Below are positions 12,651 through 25,326 of a stretch of 64,000 bases of DNA, in pieces (the stretch's first letter is position 1; each line of letters begins with the position of its first letter). The translations under genes and the position numbers were made by a program. Where the stretch lies: NCBI RefSeq assembly GCF_036971445.1, contig NC_091469.1:136028001-136092000 (forward strand), read 5' to 3'. The notes under the pieces were generated by a model, which saw nothing but the letters and a program-made list of their open reading frames with translations, ran no database searches and was not told the origin of the DNA. The DNA comes from Narcine bancroftii (lineage: Eukaryota).

Positions 12651-12819
12651 GGTTAGTCAAAGGTAAATTGACGTCTAACTAACCAAAGAAGAGTTGTGTA
12701 ATGATGGATTTGATTAAAAAAAGCAGTTGACATTAAAAAAGCAAAAAGTGAGGCGGAGGACAGTAAGGGTCATATAAAGACTGCATGTAATGACAGAAAA
12801 CAGAGGTTTGTACATGATA

Positions 12820-15315
12820 GAAATGATCTATTTCAATGCAAGGAGCTTAGGGCATGCATTTGCACATGGAATTATGATGTCATTGATATTAGTGAGACTT
12901 GGTTGCAGGAGGGGTAGGCCTGGTAGCTCAATGTTCTGAGGCTCCGATGTTTCAGACGTGATAGAGGGGGAGAGATGAAGGGGAAGGAATGGCATTGCTA
13001 GCCAAGGAAAATATTACAGCTGTACATAGACAGAAGAGCACTGTGGACTCATCTACAGAGGCCATACGATTGGAACTAAAGAACAGGAAAGGTATGAGCA
13101 CACTAATAGGCTTGTATTATGAACCGCCCAATAGCCAAAAGAATTGGAAGTGCAAATCTGTCGGGAGACATCAGACCAATGCAAGGAACAAAGTGGTGGT
13201 AGTAAGAGATTTTAACTTTCAGTATATTGAATGGGTCTCCCATATTGTAAAAGGACTGGATGGTTTGGAGTTTGTCAAATGTGTACAGGAATGTTTTCTA
13301 AATCATTATATAGAGGTACTAGTGAGGGAGGATGCAATACTTGATCTCCTATTAGGGAATCAGGCAGGTCAGGTGGCAGAAGTCTGTTTAGGTGAGTATT
13401 TTAGGTCCAGGAGCAATCATTTCAATAGTTTCAAGTAAATTGTGGATAAGGATAGGCCTGGTTCTAAATGGGAAAAAGACAATTTTGAGGAAATGAGAAA
13501 GGATCTCAGAAGAGCTGTTTTCTGGAAAGGATGTGTCCAGCAAGTGAAAGGCCTTCAAAGGTGAAATATTGAGGGTGCAGAGTTTGAGTTTGCATGTTCC
13601 TATCAGAATTAAAGGCAACATTAACGGGCAGAGGGAACCTTAGGGATATTGGTGATATGATTAAGTAGAAGAGAGAGGTGTATAATTGGAGCAAATCAGG
13701 TACTTGTGGACTATAGAAAATGTAAGAGAAGGAAATCAGGAAGGCAAAAAAGAAGACATCAGGGTCCTTTGGCAGATAATGTGAAAGTAAATCCAAAGAG
13801 TTTCTACAAGTATATTAAGAGTAAGAGGATAACAAGGGACAAAATTGGTCCCTTAGAGGATCGAGGGGGGGGGGGGCAACTATGTGTGGAGCCTCATGAA
13901 ATGGGGGAGATCTTAAATAGATTTTTTTTGGATCAGTATTTACTCAGGAAACTAGGCATAGTGTATATGGATGAAAGGTAAACAAATAGAAATGTCATGA
14001 AAAATATGGAGATTAAGTGAATAAAGGTAGACAAATATGGGCCAGATATGATATTGCCTTGGACCATGAGGGAGACAAGTATTGAAATTGCAGGGCCCCT
14101 GAGAGCTATATTCAAAATATCCTTAGCCATGAGAGAGGTGCTCATGTTGTACCACTGTTTAAGCAAGGTTCCAACAGTAAACTGGGTAACAATAGGCCAG
14201 TGAGCCTGACATCAGTAGTAGGTAACTTAATGGAAGGAGTTCTGAGTGATAGGATATACAGGTATTTGGACAGCCATCGGGTGATTAAGGACAGTTAGTA
14301 TGATTTTGTATGTGGTAGGTCAGGTTCAATGAATCTTGTAGAGTTATTTGAGGAGCAGAATAACCAAGAAGGCAGATGAAGGAAAGGCTGTGGATGTTGT
14401 CTACATGGACAAGGCCTTCGACAAGACACTAGGTATCCATAGAGTGACTGTAAATGGGATTCAAAATTGGCTGAGTGGGGAAAAAAAGAGTGTGGTAGGG
14501 GAGAATGAGCCAGTAAATGGATGATGGAGTTTAATGCGGACAAGTGTGATATATTGCATTTTGGAAGAGAAAATCAAGGAAGGATGTCCACATAAATGGT
14601 AGGGCACTGAGGAGTGCAGAGGAGCAAAGAGACCTGGGGATAGAGGTACATTGTTCCATGAAGCTAGTGTCGCAGGTGGACAGGGCTGTAAAGAAAACTT
14701 TTGGCATCATAGCCTTTATAAATCAAAGTATTGATTATAGGAGTTGGGATGTTATGTTGAAGTTATTTAAGATATTAGTGAGGCCAAATTTGGAATATTG
14801 TGTCCAGTTCTGGTCACCTAGCTACAGGAAGGATATCAATAAGATTGAAAAAGTGCAGGAAAGATTTACTAAGATGTTGTGGGGTCTTCAGGAGTTGAGT
14901 TACAGGAAAAGATTAAACAGATTCGGTCTTTATTCCTTGGAACAAAGAATAAGGGGAGATTTGCTGGAGGTTTCCAAAATTATGAGGGGTATAGACAGAG
15001 TAATTGTGAATAGGCTGTTTGAACTTAGATTATGAGAGATAAATACGAGAGGATGAGTTTAGTATGCAAGGGGAAATGTTTAGGGGGATCTTTTTCATTT
15101 GGAGAATGGTAGGAGTGTGGAATGAGTTGCCAACTGATGTGGTGGGTGCAGACTCTATCTTAAGCTTTAAGAATAAATTGGATAGATCCATGGATAGGAG
15201 AGATCTGGAGAGTTATGGAATGGGAGCAGGTTATCAGGACTAGCTGAACAGTGGTTGGGGCAGACTAGAAGGGCCGAATGGCCTGTCTTCTGCGCTATAG
15301 CATCCTATGATTATA
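12820..15315 (+). mobile_element. CR1/HER1 LINE, long decayed ORF2 (APE + RT)
   Basis: Motifs ISETWL, DFNF, ILDLLL, NPKSFYKYIK and LVRPNLEYCVQFWSP..IEKVQERFTK, plus the tail 'gggccgaatggcctgtcttctgcgctatag'. Many stops and frameshifts. Confidence 0.9.
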
Positions 15316-15324
15316 TGCGGATTA

Positions 15325-15535
15325 GGTCGGCATGATTAGTATAGTGGTTAGCACAACTCTTACAGCACCAACGACCTGGGCTCGAATTCGGTGCTGTATG
15401 CAAGTGTTGGTACTTCCTCTGGGCTCTCCTGTTTCCTCCCACCCTTCAACACGTATGGGGATTGTAGGTTAATGGGCGACACGGGCTCGTGGGCCGGAAG
15501 GGCCTGTTGCCATGCTGTAGATGTAAATAGATAAA
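15325..15535 (+). mobile_element. tRNA-derived SINE
   Basis: A/B-box-like head 'tagtatagtggttagc..gggctcgaattc' and tail 'gggccggaagggcctgttgccatgctgta'. Confidence 0.75.
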
Positions 15536-15823
15536 AACTGAAGGTTGAAGGTGAATGGAACATGAAAAACTGTAGCAACATGGAGAGCAGTGAATAGTGA
15601 AGTTGCCCTCAGGTCTGTATCAGGATCACTTTGCTTCTTAATGGATTTCAACGGAGTATACCAAAGTGCTGGGGAGACTCAGCAGGTCTTGGCACATCAT
15701 GAAAAGCAAAATATTGTCCACATTTGCAGCTTGAGCTCTTCTTCATGTGTGCAAAAAAAACCAGACACAAACCGCTGGAGAATCTCAGGACATCAAACAG
15801 TGTCCTTTATGAAGCAAAGGTAC

Positions 15824-16713
15824 AGTTAAGAGCCCAGAGGACGACCCCCCCCCCCCAAATCCCCAGCAGTAATAGATATGCACCACGACAAAAGGTGACT
15901 TGAACAAAAGTTGCTTTTAATTATCTTTGAACATGAAAATAGAATCAAACTTTAACTTCTCTCTATTGAATCAACTAACCCCCTTCTAATTCTAAGCACA
16001 CGCGAGTGTAATGTGTGCGCGCAAGATCAGCAAAATCCTTTGGTTCGCAGTCCAGTCTCACTGGTTGCAGGCAATTCTTATACTGTTCACAGAAGTTAAC
16101 ATTAATAAAGCTCACCAGGCTTTGGTGCTTAACAGGTAAATGGTTACCACTCAGGAGGGTTCTTGTTGGTTTTCAGAAAGAGAGTTTTTCTTGTTCCGGG
16201 ACATCCACAACTGATTCCTTTTTAATCAGCCACTCCAGTGTCTTGCTGATGAAACTTGTCCCCTTCAGGGTTTTCCAGATAAAACCTCTCTTTCAGGTCA
16301 CCACAGAGTTCTTTTCTGTTTCTCCTATTCCAAGGAAAACACTGGACAGCTAGTCCTCTCCTTTGACCAGGCCGTCTTCCAAAGCTTGCCAGCTTGTCCC
16401 TCTGGAACCAATGTATGTGTCTCTCCTCTCCCTCTCTCACCCCCTTTAACTCTGAGAGCAAAGCTTGTTTGTTTTCTGTTCTCTGCCTGCAAAAATCACA
16501 TGACCCTCCAGACAGTAAGTTCTGTTATCCAGACAAAGCTGCTACTGCCTGTTGTTACATTTGTTGCCTTTTGCAAATGACCATCCATCATGAGTCTGTG
16601 CTCTCTTGCAAAAGCTCCTGCAAAAATTCTGTGTTTTAAAGTGTTTGTGTGTGACCTGCCCTTACAAACCTTTCCCAATTTATCTCCTAAACACCTCTAT
16701 ATACTCTATCACA
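15824..16713 (-). mobile_element. Solo LTR (family A)
   Basis: Reverse-complement homolog of 25327-26417 and 40825-41806. Flanks gtac/gtaa look like a degenerate 4-bp TSD. Confidence 0.8.
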
Positions 16714-17945
16714 GTAAAAATACATAACCAACGTTTCAGGCCTAAGCCCTTTCTCAAGGTATGAGAGAATGCTGACTGGCATCTGAACAAAAGGGTATGG
16801 GGTGTGTGTGGCAAAGGCAGGAAATGGTAGGTGGATGAGGGGAAGAAGGGGACAGCAGCAATGAGGGGGAGGAGGGGTGGCTTGGTTGGTAAGGGGGAGG
16901 GAGGAGAGAACTGGAAAAACAGGAAAGGGGAGAGGGAAGGAAAGGTGAGCAAGTTCAGCAGAAAGCAGAAAAGTCAGTGTTAATGTCATTTAGCTGGAGA
17001 GTGCCAGGATGGAAGCTAAGATGATGTTTCTCTGATCTGCGGGTGGTCTGGGTAGGATAATGCAAATGGCCACGGACAGATGTGTGAGTCTGGGAAGGTG
17101 ACTCAGAATTGAAATTGTTTGGGTACTGGGAGATCACTGTTGTTGCAGGTGGGGAGAACAATGTAAGCGCTCAACAATGTGATCTCCCCATCTGCAACTG
17201 GCCTCTCCGATGAAGAGAATGCCACAAAGGGAGCACCGGATGCAGTAAGTGAGTCCTGAAGATATACAAGTGAAAGGCCAGTTTGGGGCCCCAGGCCATG
17301 CTGAGGATGGAGATTTTACATCTCCTGGTGGGGAGGGAAATAAGTGGGGAGGGATTAGTGCACAAAAGAGTCACAGAGGGAGCCATCCCTGAGGAAGGCC
17401 AAGAGGGAACAACAAGGGAATCACGGAGGGAGAAGTTCCTGCGAAAGGCCAAGTGGGTTTATAAGTAAGGGAAGGGGTGGAGAACAGGCTAGCAGATAAA
17501 TAGTGGATACGGGTGAGAGGGTAAAGAGGAGAAAGGAGCTTAGAGGTGATACAGGAAGGGGGCAATTGGCTGAAAAAAATCTGGTTGGGAAGAGGCTGAG
17601 AGCTGGAGGAAGGGAATCAGAGGGAATGCGTGAAAGCAAAAGACTGGGGAAGTCAATATTAACAGTGTCTACCTGGAGACTGCCGACACATAATATAAAG
17701 GGTTATTTCTCCAATTTACTACTGGCTTCAACCTGGCCTTACACAAAACCATGGACGGACATGTCAGTGTTGCAATGGGGTGTGAAATTGAAGTGGTTTG
17801 CCCCTGGGAAGTCCTTGCTGTTGTAATGGACAGAGTGACTGTGCTCAACGAAGCGATTGCTCAATCTGTGTCCTGTCTCCCTGATGTAGAAGCTGCTGCC
17901 ACAGGAGCACCTGATGGAGCAAATGATCCCTATAGATTCTCAGAT
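16714..17945 (-). mobile_element. Penelope-like element, two tandem 3' fragments with GIY-YIG remnants
   Basis: The minus strand encodes AFRRNFSLRDSLV, FTCISSGLTYCIRCSLCGILFIGE and a second GIICSIRCSCGSSFYIRETGHRLSNRFVEH. Confidence 0.85.
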
Positions 17946-17949
17946 GGTG

Positions 17950-18105
17950 TGGCTTATTCTGCCCGATTCCAGACATTCCTGAAAAAGGGCTGAGGCCCAA
18001 AACATTGACTGCCTTTTGTTTTCCGTGGATGTTCCATGATTTGCTGAGTTTCTCCAGCACTTTGTTCGTGGTGTACTGAACCCCAACAGGTGCGGGTTTG
18101 TTATT
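17950..18105 (+). mobile_element. Inverted Penelope terminal-repeat fragment
   Basis: 'cattcctgaaaaagggctgaggcccaaaacattgactg..gctgagtttctccagcac', in the opposite orientation to the adjacent PLE. Confidence 0.65.
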
Positions 18106-19539
18106 TACCCCCAATATATTTGAATGCTTTGAACAGAAGGTAATACAGTGCACAATTTCCAAACTTACATGTGACATAAAACTTGGGTACAAAATATAAA
18201 GAAGAAAATTATAGGTTTCATGGAGATATGGAATGGAGGGTTGGTGGGAGGGGGGTGGTGGGGTGGGAAGATAGGTAACAGCTTAGATTTAATGACGAGA
18301 AATGTGAAGCATTCTGTTTTGGGCCAGACTTTTGCCTTATCTGACACTAAACCCAGCATTTTTATTTCAGAGTAGCATTTTTTATTCTTGCACTACATAC
18401 AGGTTGATTTGCCTGAATATGAGGCAAAACAAGGTAAACATGACACTAAGTAATTCACTATACTTCAATAAAGAGGCATTTTCAACCCGTGGGCACAATT
18501 CTAATAGGGGTACAAAAACAGGAAGATGTGGGGATGGATGTAAAAGTGGGGAGGATGGGATGAGAAAATGGATGAAAAAAATATTTTGAGTTTGATAAAA
18601 AAAAGAATAGATTTACATCTGAGAACAAGGGATGTTGGAAGGAATCTGAGCACAGATCATAAGGTTATGGGCTGAGTCGAGAAACATTTCTCTGAGGTGG
18701 CAGACTCAAGAAACAGAGGACAGAGTGAAGGCGATGGGCAAAAAAAACCTAAAAATGCCATTAGGTTTTTTTTAAGGCATGTGGTTTGGGTCTAGTATGC
18801 ACTGATGGAGGCAGATGCAATGTAGTAATTTATAAAAGGGCAAGATATGCAGCAGTAAGAAAAGAACTTACAGGGGAAGGCCGGGGGGGGGGGGGGTCAG
18901 ATGAGTTGTTACATAGAGCCAGGAGGCCAATAGACTGAAGACCTCTGTCCATACTCGATCCAAGTCAGTTATTACAAAGTTGGAGCCACTTTTCTCTTAT
19001 GGTTAGCATAGCGACAGCAATCTGGCTCTGTGTAAAGCTTACACATTCTGCATGGGTACAATCCAGATGCTCATGTTTCCTCCCTTGTTCCAAAGATGTA
19101 CAGGATTAGGAAGTTAATTGGTCACATGAGTGTAATTGGGCGGTGAGGAATTGTGGGGTGGAAAGGCCAGCTTCTGTACTGGATCTCCAAATTAAAAAAA
19201 AAAGCAAAATAATTTCAATTTAGGTTTTAGTTTAGTCCAGTTTCAGCAAACAACTAAATCTGGAACAAGAACTCTTCTCTTCTCTAAAGAAGGAACATTG
19301 AGGAAAACCAGCTAATTGTAGATAGATGCAGAAGACATTTGGTTCAGAAAGTCAAGGTAACTACAGGATACCACAGGATAACTTGAATTGAAAGGTGTCC
19401 AGGAAAAAACAGCAAAGATAATGCAATGAAACAGATTCTTTTCTTCATTAAATGAACATAAAACAGTTGATAAGCATTCTTCAATCATACAGCAACAAGC
19501 AATCCTCTACACACAGAAAGCAATTGAAGCTAAGTCAGT

Positions 19540-20005
19540 ACCTCGTATACTCGTGTAAAAGTCGAAACCATGTAAAAGTCAACTCCTTATTTTTGGCCCC
19601 CCAAAAAATCTGGTATTTTCCATACATCTCATGTAAAAGTTGACCCTAGTCTCTCCCCTTGGCCCATTTGCCTGCAGGCCAGAGCTCCTGATGCCTCTTT
19701 CCCAAATCCGTGCCTCTGCAGACCAGAGCTTTGGTAGATGGCTTGGTCAAAGGAGAGGTCTGGCTGTCCATTGGAGCTCCGCCATGCCTAATGCCGATTT
19801 CCTACCAAGTGCCTGCCCATCGGCACACCCGTCACCTCGAATCTGGACTCAACACCGGTCCTGACTCCCATCGGAACTCCTGATGCTACTAATGATGTAG
19901 AAACTTACTCCGGTCAAAATAGTATCAATGTAATAGTCGACCCCACAAATCTAACCTTAAAAATGGTCTACAGAATTCTACTTTTACATGAGTATATATG
20001 TTAAA
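19540..20005. mobile_element. Tc1/mariner (pogo/Tc2-like) MITE
   Basis: Terminal inverted repeats 'cgtatactcgtgtaaaagtcga' ... 'ctacttttacatgagtatatatg'. Confidence 0.7.
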
Positions 20006-20607
20006 TGTATTCAAGAAGTAGTTAGATCATGTTCCAAGGGCTAGAAGGATCAAGGGTTAAGAGGAGAAAACTGAAGATATCCAACTTGGATGATGAGTCG
20101 TAATTATATTAAATTATGCTTTAAGGGTTGACTGGTCTTTTCCTGCTCCTATCTGCAAAGATTCTATTTCCCTGTAAATGTATGGTTGAAACTTAACTGT
20201 GCATCTGAGTAAAATAGATAATGGTCAATTGGATCATAGCCTCTGGGTGACATCTCTTTGTGTTTCCTTTCCATTTTAATCAACCATATAAAGTGCCAGC
20301 ACAACATGATGATTAAGGTCAGAGAACTCTTGTGGAGTAGCTGCTGTTTGGCTCAGATTAATTGCTGGTACAAGTCAGCACGAGACCATCATTTAGATCA
20401 TAATCAACATTGACCTGGGCGTCTTACCGAGAATTCACAAAGACAGAGGGAAATAGAAAAGGGACATTCATGGACTTGTGGGTGCTTTCCTGAGTTTGTA
20501 GCCAAAGGGACATTCAGGGAAGTTAAAGAGAAGAGTCTGCAGATGCTGGGGTTGTAGTGCAGTCCACGCAAATGCTGGAGAAACATAGCAGGGTACAGCA
20601 TCTATAA

Positions 20608-20948
20608 TAGTGATTCACATTCTGCCTTAAGCAATCCCTCTTCCATCGGCGCTCTGTGATTGGTAAGGGATTGCTTAAGGTGGTATACAAGTGGGAAAGG
20701 AAGGTTGAGAACCACTGCTGTAGACCCAATTGTTACTGAAATATTTTGCTTGAGAAAAATTGTCATTGGCCCATTTCCTTTGGAGTTGTGAAACCGTGCA
20801 CATAACGAGTCAATTAGGGACAATTAAAACAGTGGTTTTCAAACCTTTTTCTTTCCACTAACATACCACCCTAAAAATCATAGAGCACTTATGGCATAGG
20901 GATTGCTTAAGGCAGAATGTGACTTTAGGGGCAGTTTGAAAACTACTG
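20608..20948 (-). mobile_element. hAT-type MITE inserted in a Penelope terminal repeat
   Basis: 8-bp TSD atctataa/atctatag (20600-20607, 20949-20956); homologous to 8118-8484. Confidence 0.8.
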
Positions 20949-21178
20949 ATCTATAGGAAATAAAGAATCACCAACATTTCAGGCCCAAACCCTTCATCAA
21001 GGTGCAAGCAAGAAGCAGACAGGTGCCTGAATAAAAATGGGGTAGGGTGGGGGAGTGGGAAAGGAGAGGATAGGAGGGAGAAAGGGGCACAGGGAAGAGA
21101 TCAAGGTAATAGGGAAGTCAAAGTTGGATATGGGCGGGAAAGAAGAAGATTAAAAAAACTTAAGTGGTAGCTCTGCAT

Positions 21179-21402
21179 GGAATAAGAAGGAAAGGGGTGG
21201 GGAGCTGGAATAAGAAGGAAAGGGGTGGGGAGCTGGAATAAGAAGGAAAGGGGTAGGGAGCAGGAATACGAAGGAAAGGGGTGGGGAGCTGGAATTAGAA
21301 GGAAAGGGGTGGGGAGCTGGAATAAGAAAGAAAGAGGCGGGGAGCTGGAATAAGAAGGAAAGGGGCAGGGAGCAGGAATAAGAAGGAAAGGGGTGTGGAG
21401 CT
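21179..21402. repeat. Purine-rich minisatellite, 8 x 28 bp
   Basis: Unit ggaataagaaggaaaggggtggggagct. Confidence 0.95.
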
Positions 21403-21425
21403 GGAGGAAAGGAATTAGAGGGATG

Positions 21426-21427
<2 letters not shown>

Positions 21428-21485
<58 letters not shown>
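21428..21485. repeat. (GA)n microsatellite
   Basis: Read directly from the sequence. Confidence 0.98.
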
Positions 21486-21487
<2 letters not shown>

Positions 21488-22059
21488 CGGGAGGCATCTC
21501 AACAGCATTCACATAGTCTTCTCAAATTAAACAAAAATTAGGCCTACAGTACATAAACGAGCCCTTTCAGCCCACAAACCTGTGCCACCCAATCACACCC
21601 AATTGACCGGAAACCCTCAGTACATTTTGAAGGGTGGGAGGAAATCAGAACCCATGCTGACACATGAAGCATGTACAAACTCCTTACAGACCACACAGGA
21701 TTCGAACTTCATTCCCAAATGCTGGTGCATTGCACTAACCTCTCTGCTTACTGTTCCTCCCAATTTTTTGTTGAACACCTCTCCTGAGTCTCTCTCTTTT
21801 CCTAACCCTCTGACTCCTTTACTTCAACTTTCCACCTCCTTCCAATGCCTCTTCATTCAGAAAGCTCTCCCTTCATCCATCACTTCTCAGATTATTTTCT
21901 CTTTTACCTTCACCTCCCAAGTTTCTCCAGCACATTTGTTTCACATTCAGAGAAGATCATCTTTGAGTTGATGTAAAAGAATAATTGATGAATCTATTAA
22001 TGCAGAGGATTTTCAGATTCATTATACCAGCTGTCCATGGGTAATTTGCCCTATTGTTC

Positions 22060-23435
22060 AAACAGTGCAGAAACATTAACTTTTCCCCATTTGTGCCACA
22101 TACTGGTCATCTGCGGATCATGCACAATGAGCTCTGCTATCCAAGGGTCACCTGCATGGCTCATTTTGTCAAGCCCCACTATTTGCCCTACACAATAGAA
22201 GTCATCAAGGGAAATGAACAGGTCATGCCAAGTCTGCGGTGAGGGCAAGATGCACTTTTTCGCCCCGTGAAAGCGCACCTGATTAAGACATCCAGGCCCT
22301 TTGAATGGCTCAGCATCCATTTTAAGTGTCCTCATCCCTCCCGCATGTGAACATCTACTTTCTCTCAGTCATTGACGGTACTCACGCTTCCCGTTCACCA
22401 TCCTATGCCTAGACATGTCTGCCTCATCAATTATGAAGGCCCTAGACTCTATTTTCACCCTGTTCAAGTATCCCGGCTGTATTCATAGTGACCAGGGCTC
22501 AGCCTTGAGCAACAAGCTGTGTCAATACCTGATGGTGAGCGGTATTGTATCCAGTAGAACTACCAGTTACAACCCCAGGGGGACAGGCAGGTTGATAAAG
22601 AGAATGCCATGACCTGGAAGGATGTCAAACTTGCCCTGAAGCAAAAAGGTCTTCCAGACTCACACTGGCAGGATGACCTCCCCATCGTGCTCCACTCAAT
22701 TTTGTCGGTATTCTGTACTGCGACCAAGGCTACTTCTTATGAGCTCATGTTTACATTCGGCAGAAGGTCGGCATCAGGGACCACTCCCAGACTGGCTCAC
22801 TAGTCCTGATCTGGTCCTTCTCAAGAAGCACGTGAGGAGAAGCAAGACCAGCCCCTGATGGAAAGGGTGAAATTTCTCCAGGCCAACGCCACGTATGCCT
22901 TTGTGGAGCATCCGGATGCCAGGGAGGACACAGTCTCCAGCAAGGGCCTGGCACCCATGGAACAGAGGATATGTTGCTTCAGGGGACCTGGTTCAGGAGG
23001 AGAGTTAACCTCCCTCTATAGTCAAGCCGACACCCCAGCCCACTACCATTCCATCACAGGTGGACCAGGAAACTCAAGGTGACAAGGCGCTCCACCAGGA
23101 TCTCCAGACCTCCAGACTGCCTGAATGTGTAAATAGTATTGTAAATATTTCTCTTCTGTGTCTATTACCAGCATCTGATCCTTGTTTTCTTCATCCACAG
23201 GCCCTTAATTCTGGAGTAAGGGGTGAATGTAGTGAACTAGGATTCACTAGAAGTGTACTGTACAGACGTCTGTTCCCTCCTCCCAGCTCCTCCCGCTGGG
23301 GCCCGTATATAACCCTGGTTCCCTGCCTAAACCCAGAACCCCTCTGAATCCTATTCGGGAACCCTACCTGAGTTGTAAGCTAATAAAAGCATTTGTTCTC
23401 CCTCCAGTCGAGTATGAGCTTTTATCTACACCACA
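22060..23435 (+). mobile_element. Gypsy LTR retrotransposon, 5'-truncated: integrase + PPT + 3' LTR
   Basis: Integrase motifs HNELC.P.V, RPFEWLSI, YPGCIHSDQGS and SRTTSYNPRG; PPT ggagtaaggggtgaa; LTR TG..CA at 23228-23435 with tatataa and aataaa. Confidence 0.9.
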
Positions 23436-24090
23436 ATTAACTTGCAGATGAAAATAGAATATTGGGAGGTATGAGGTGGGAGCTTTAGAAAGGTCATCCA
23501 GATATGAGAGCAGCATGAACGAGAGTTCGACAGTGCATGATGGAGGATTTGATTCCCTTAATGTTATTCCGAACGTCAACAATGATTAACTGTGCTTTTT
23601 CACTTTAGATCCTGAATATCAATGACAGAGACAACTTCTGTTGTCATCAGTTTCACAGATGAAATGATGAACAAAATTTTTAATTTAAGGAAACTCTGGA
23701 AAATGTTTTACATTACTCAGTGAGGGACAGATTAATTATCAAATTTGAAGCAGCCTCTCATTACAGGTTTTCATTGATCAATTGGTACAATTCTGGTGCA
23801 GTCATCTGCCACCCAGTAAAATAAGTAAATAACAGAAAGAAGCAATGAACATTGCATCCAAATCAGCTCAAATCGCTGTAATTTATTCTGGAGCATTTCA
23901 ACTGATATACACGATGAAATACAGCCACTACAGGTTCTATTGAAGATTTTCCAAATATTTACATTAATTATACCAATTTAGCTTCTTTGGTCTGGTTGGT
24001 TGCCTCCCAATTGTGTACATGACACATTTTATAATGGTCTCGTTTCATTCGGAAGACACTTTAGCTCATTATTAATGACTAAAATGTTCA

Positions 24091-24152
24091 TGATTGACAG
24101 CAAGCTGTGTGCGTGCAGGGCAAAAACAAAAAAGGGATTTGCATTTTGATTG
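24091..24152. promoter_or_regulatory. Candidate enhancer core (PBX-MEIS site + octamer)
   Basis: TGATTGACAG at 24091-24100 and ATTTGCAT at 24137-24144, in non-repeat sequence. Confidence 0.3.
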
Positions 24153-25326
24153 GGTCTGAAGAGTGAATACAGGGGAGAAAAAAAAGCTCGAGTTCCCCTT
24201 ATCAGGGACATTGACTGAAAAAATGTCCATGATATCAATATGTATAGATCTTGTCCACAAAACTGACTTACTGCTTAAATTACAAAGCACGCAGTTTTAA
24301 AATGTGTGATCATTCAGTTTTGGGGGAATACTGGCACCAGCAGATGTTCCCTTTGAATTTGGACAAAGATGTTTCAGTTCTTATATTTTTAAATTTTAAT
24401 ACATTTAAAAGCCTTCTCCATCCTTTCCTTGGTAGTATGCAGAACTGCAAGACATTGGTGATTACTACATTTATGGGAAGGGTCAGTAGTGTTTCAGGAT
24501 GTAGAAATCAGAAGACTATAACAAGTTGGGGAGGTCACAACCAGTAGGGTGGCATGAGACCCAAGGAAGAATCATTGAATGTTCTTCAAAGGATCTTTTT
24601 CAGCCTGGGATCTGCTCAGTGACGCTCTTTTTAACTATGCTGAAGGCAACCTCAAGTCGTGTGAAGACTTTTTTTTGGATGAATGGTTGTATCCACAATA
24701 TATGATGGAAAATCAGGTGGCTGTTCAACCTTACCAACTTAATCTGGCTTCTCTGTGCATTAATATATTAGATGGAAGGAGATGGTTGTGGAAATGAGCC
24801 CAAAGAACCAATTAATGCTGCTAATCTCTTTGGGTTTTAATTTCTTTTCCTTTCCCTCCCCATACTACGGTAGCAATTCTTTCAGGAGGTCTTCAGAGAG
24901 GAGTCCATCAGATTTACCACATCTAGCATTTTCCCTCTAGTGGTAAGGAAATTGCAGGGTCTCCCTTTACTATTCACCCTTCCAATCTAAAAGGAAAGCA
25001 ATCGTTGCATACAGGGTAATTGTCCCACAAATGCAACATAAAGGGAATGGGGCAAATAATATTGTTCTGATTAATTATTATAAAAGTGGGCTACTACTGG
25101 AGCCAGAATGATAATGGAGAAGCTTTGTGTTCACATAGCATCTTTTCTGACCCAAGGATTCACTTGGTGAATCATGTGGGAATGGAGGAAGTATAGCAAA
25201 ATATCACTGCACAGCATAAACCAAAACCGGCAGTACAAAACTGATCTAATAATGTCTGGTGATGCACCCAAAAGTGGTAGAGAAACTCAGCAAGTCTTGC
25301 AGCATCAATGGAAAGCAAAAGGAATT

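Noticed and set aside
21101-21512. Long ORFs with SLSLSL and PFPSYS repeats (also RERERE at 25673 and CVCVCV at 59937-60331)
   Set aside because: These are translations of micro- and minisatellites.
23450-23590. Protein-like frame NIGRYEVGALERSSRYESSMNESSTVHDGGFDSLNVIPNVNND* next to the Gypsy LTR
   Set aside because: No start codon, a poor acceptor and no recognisable homology.
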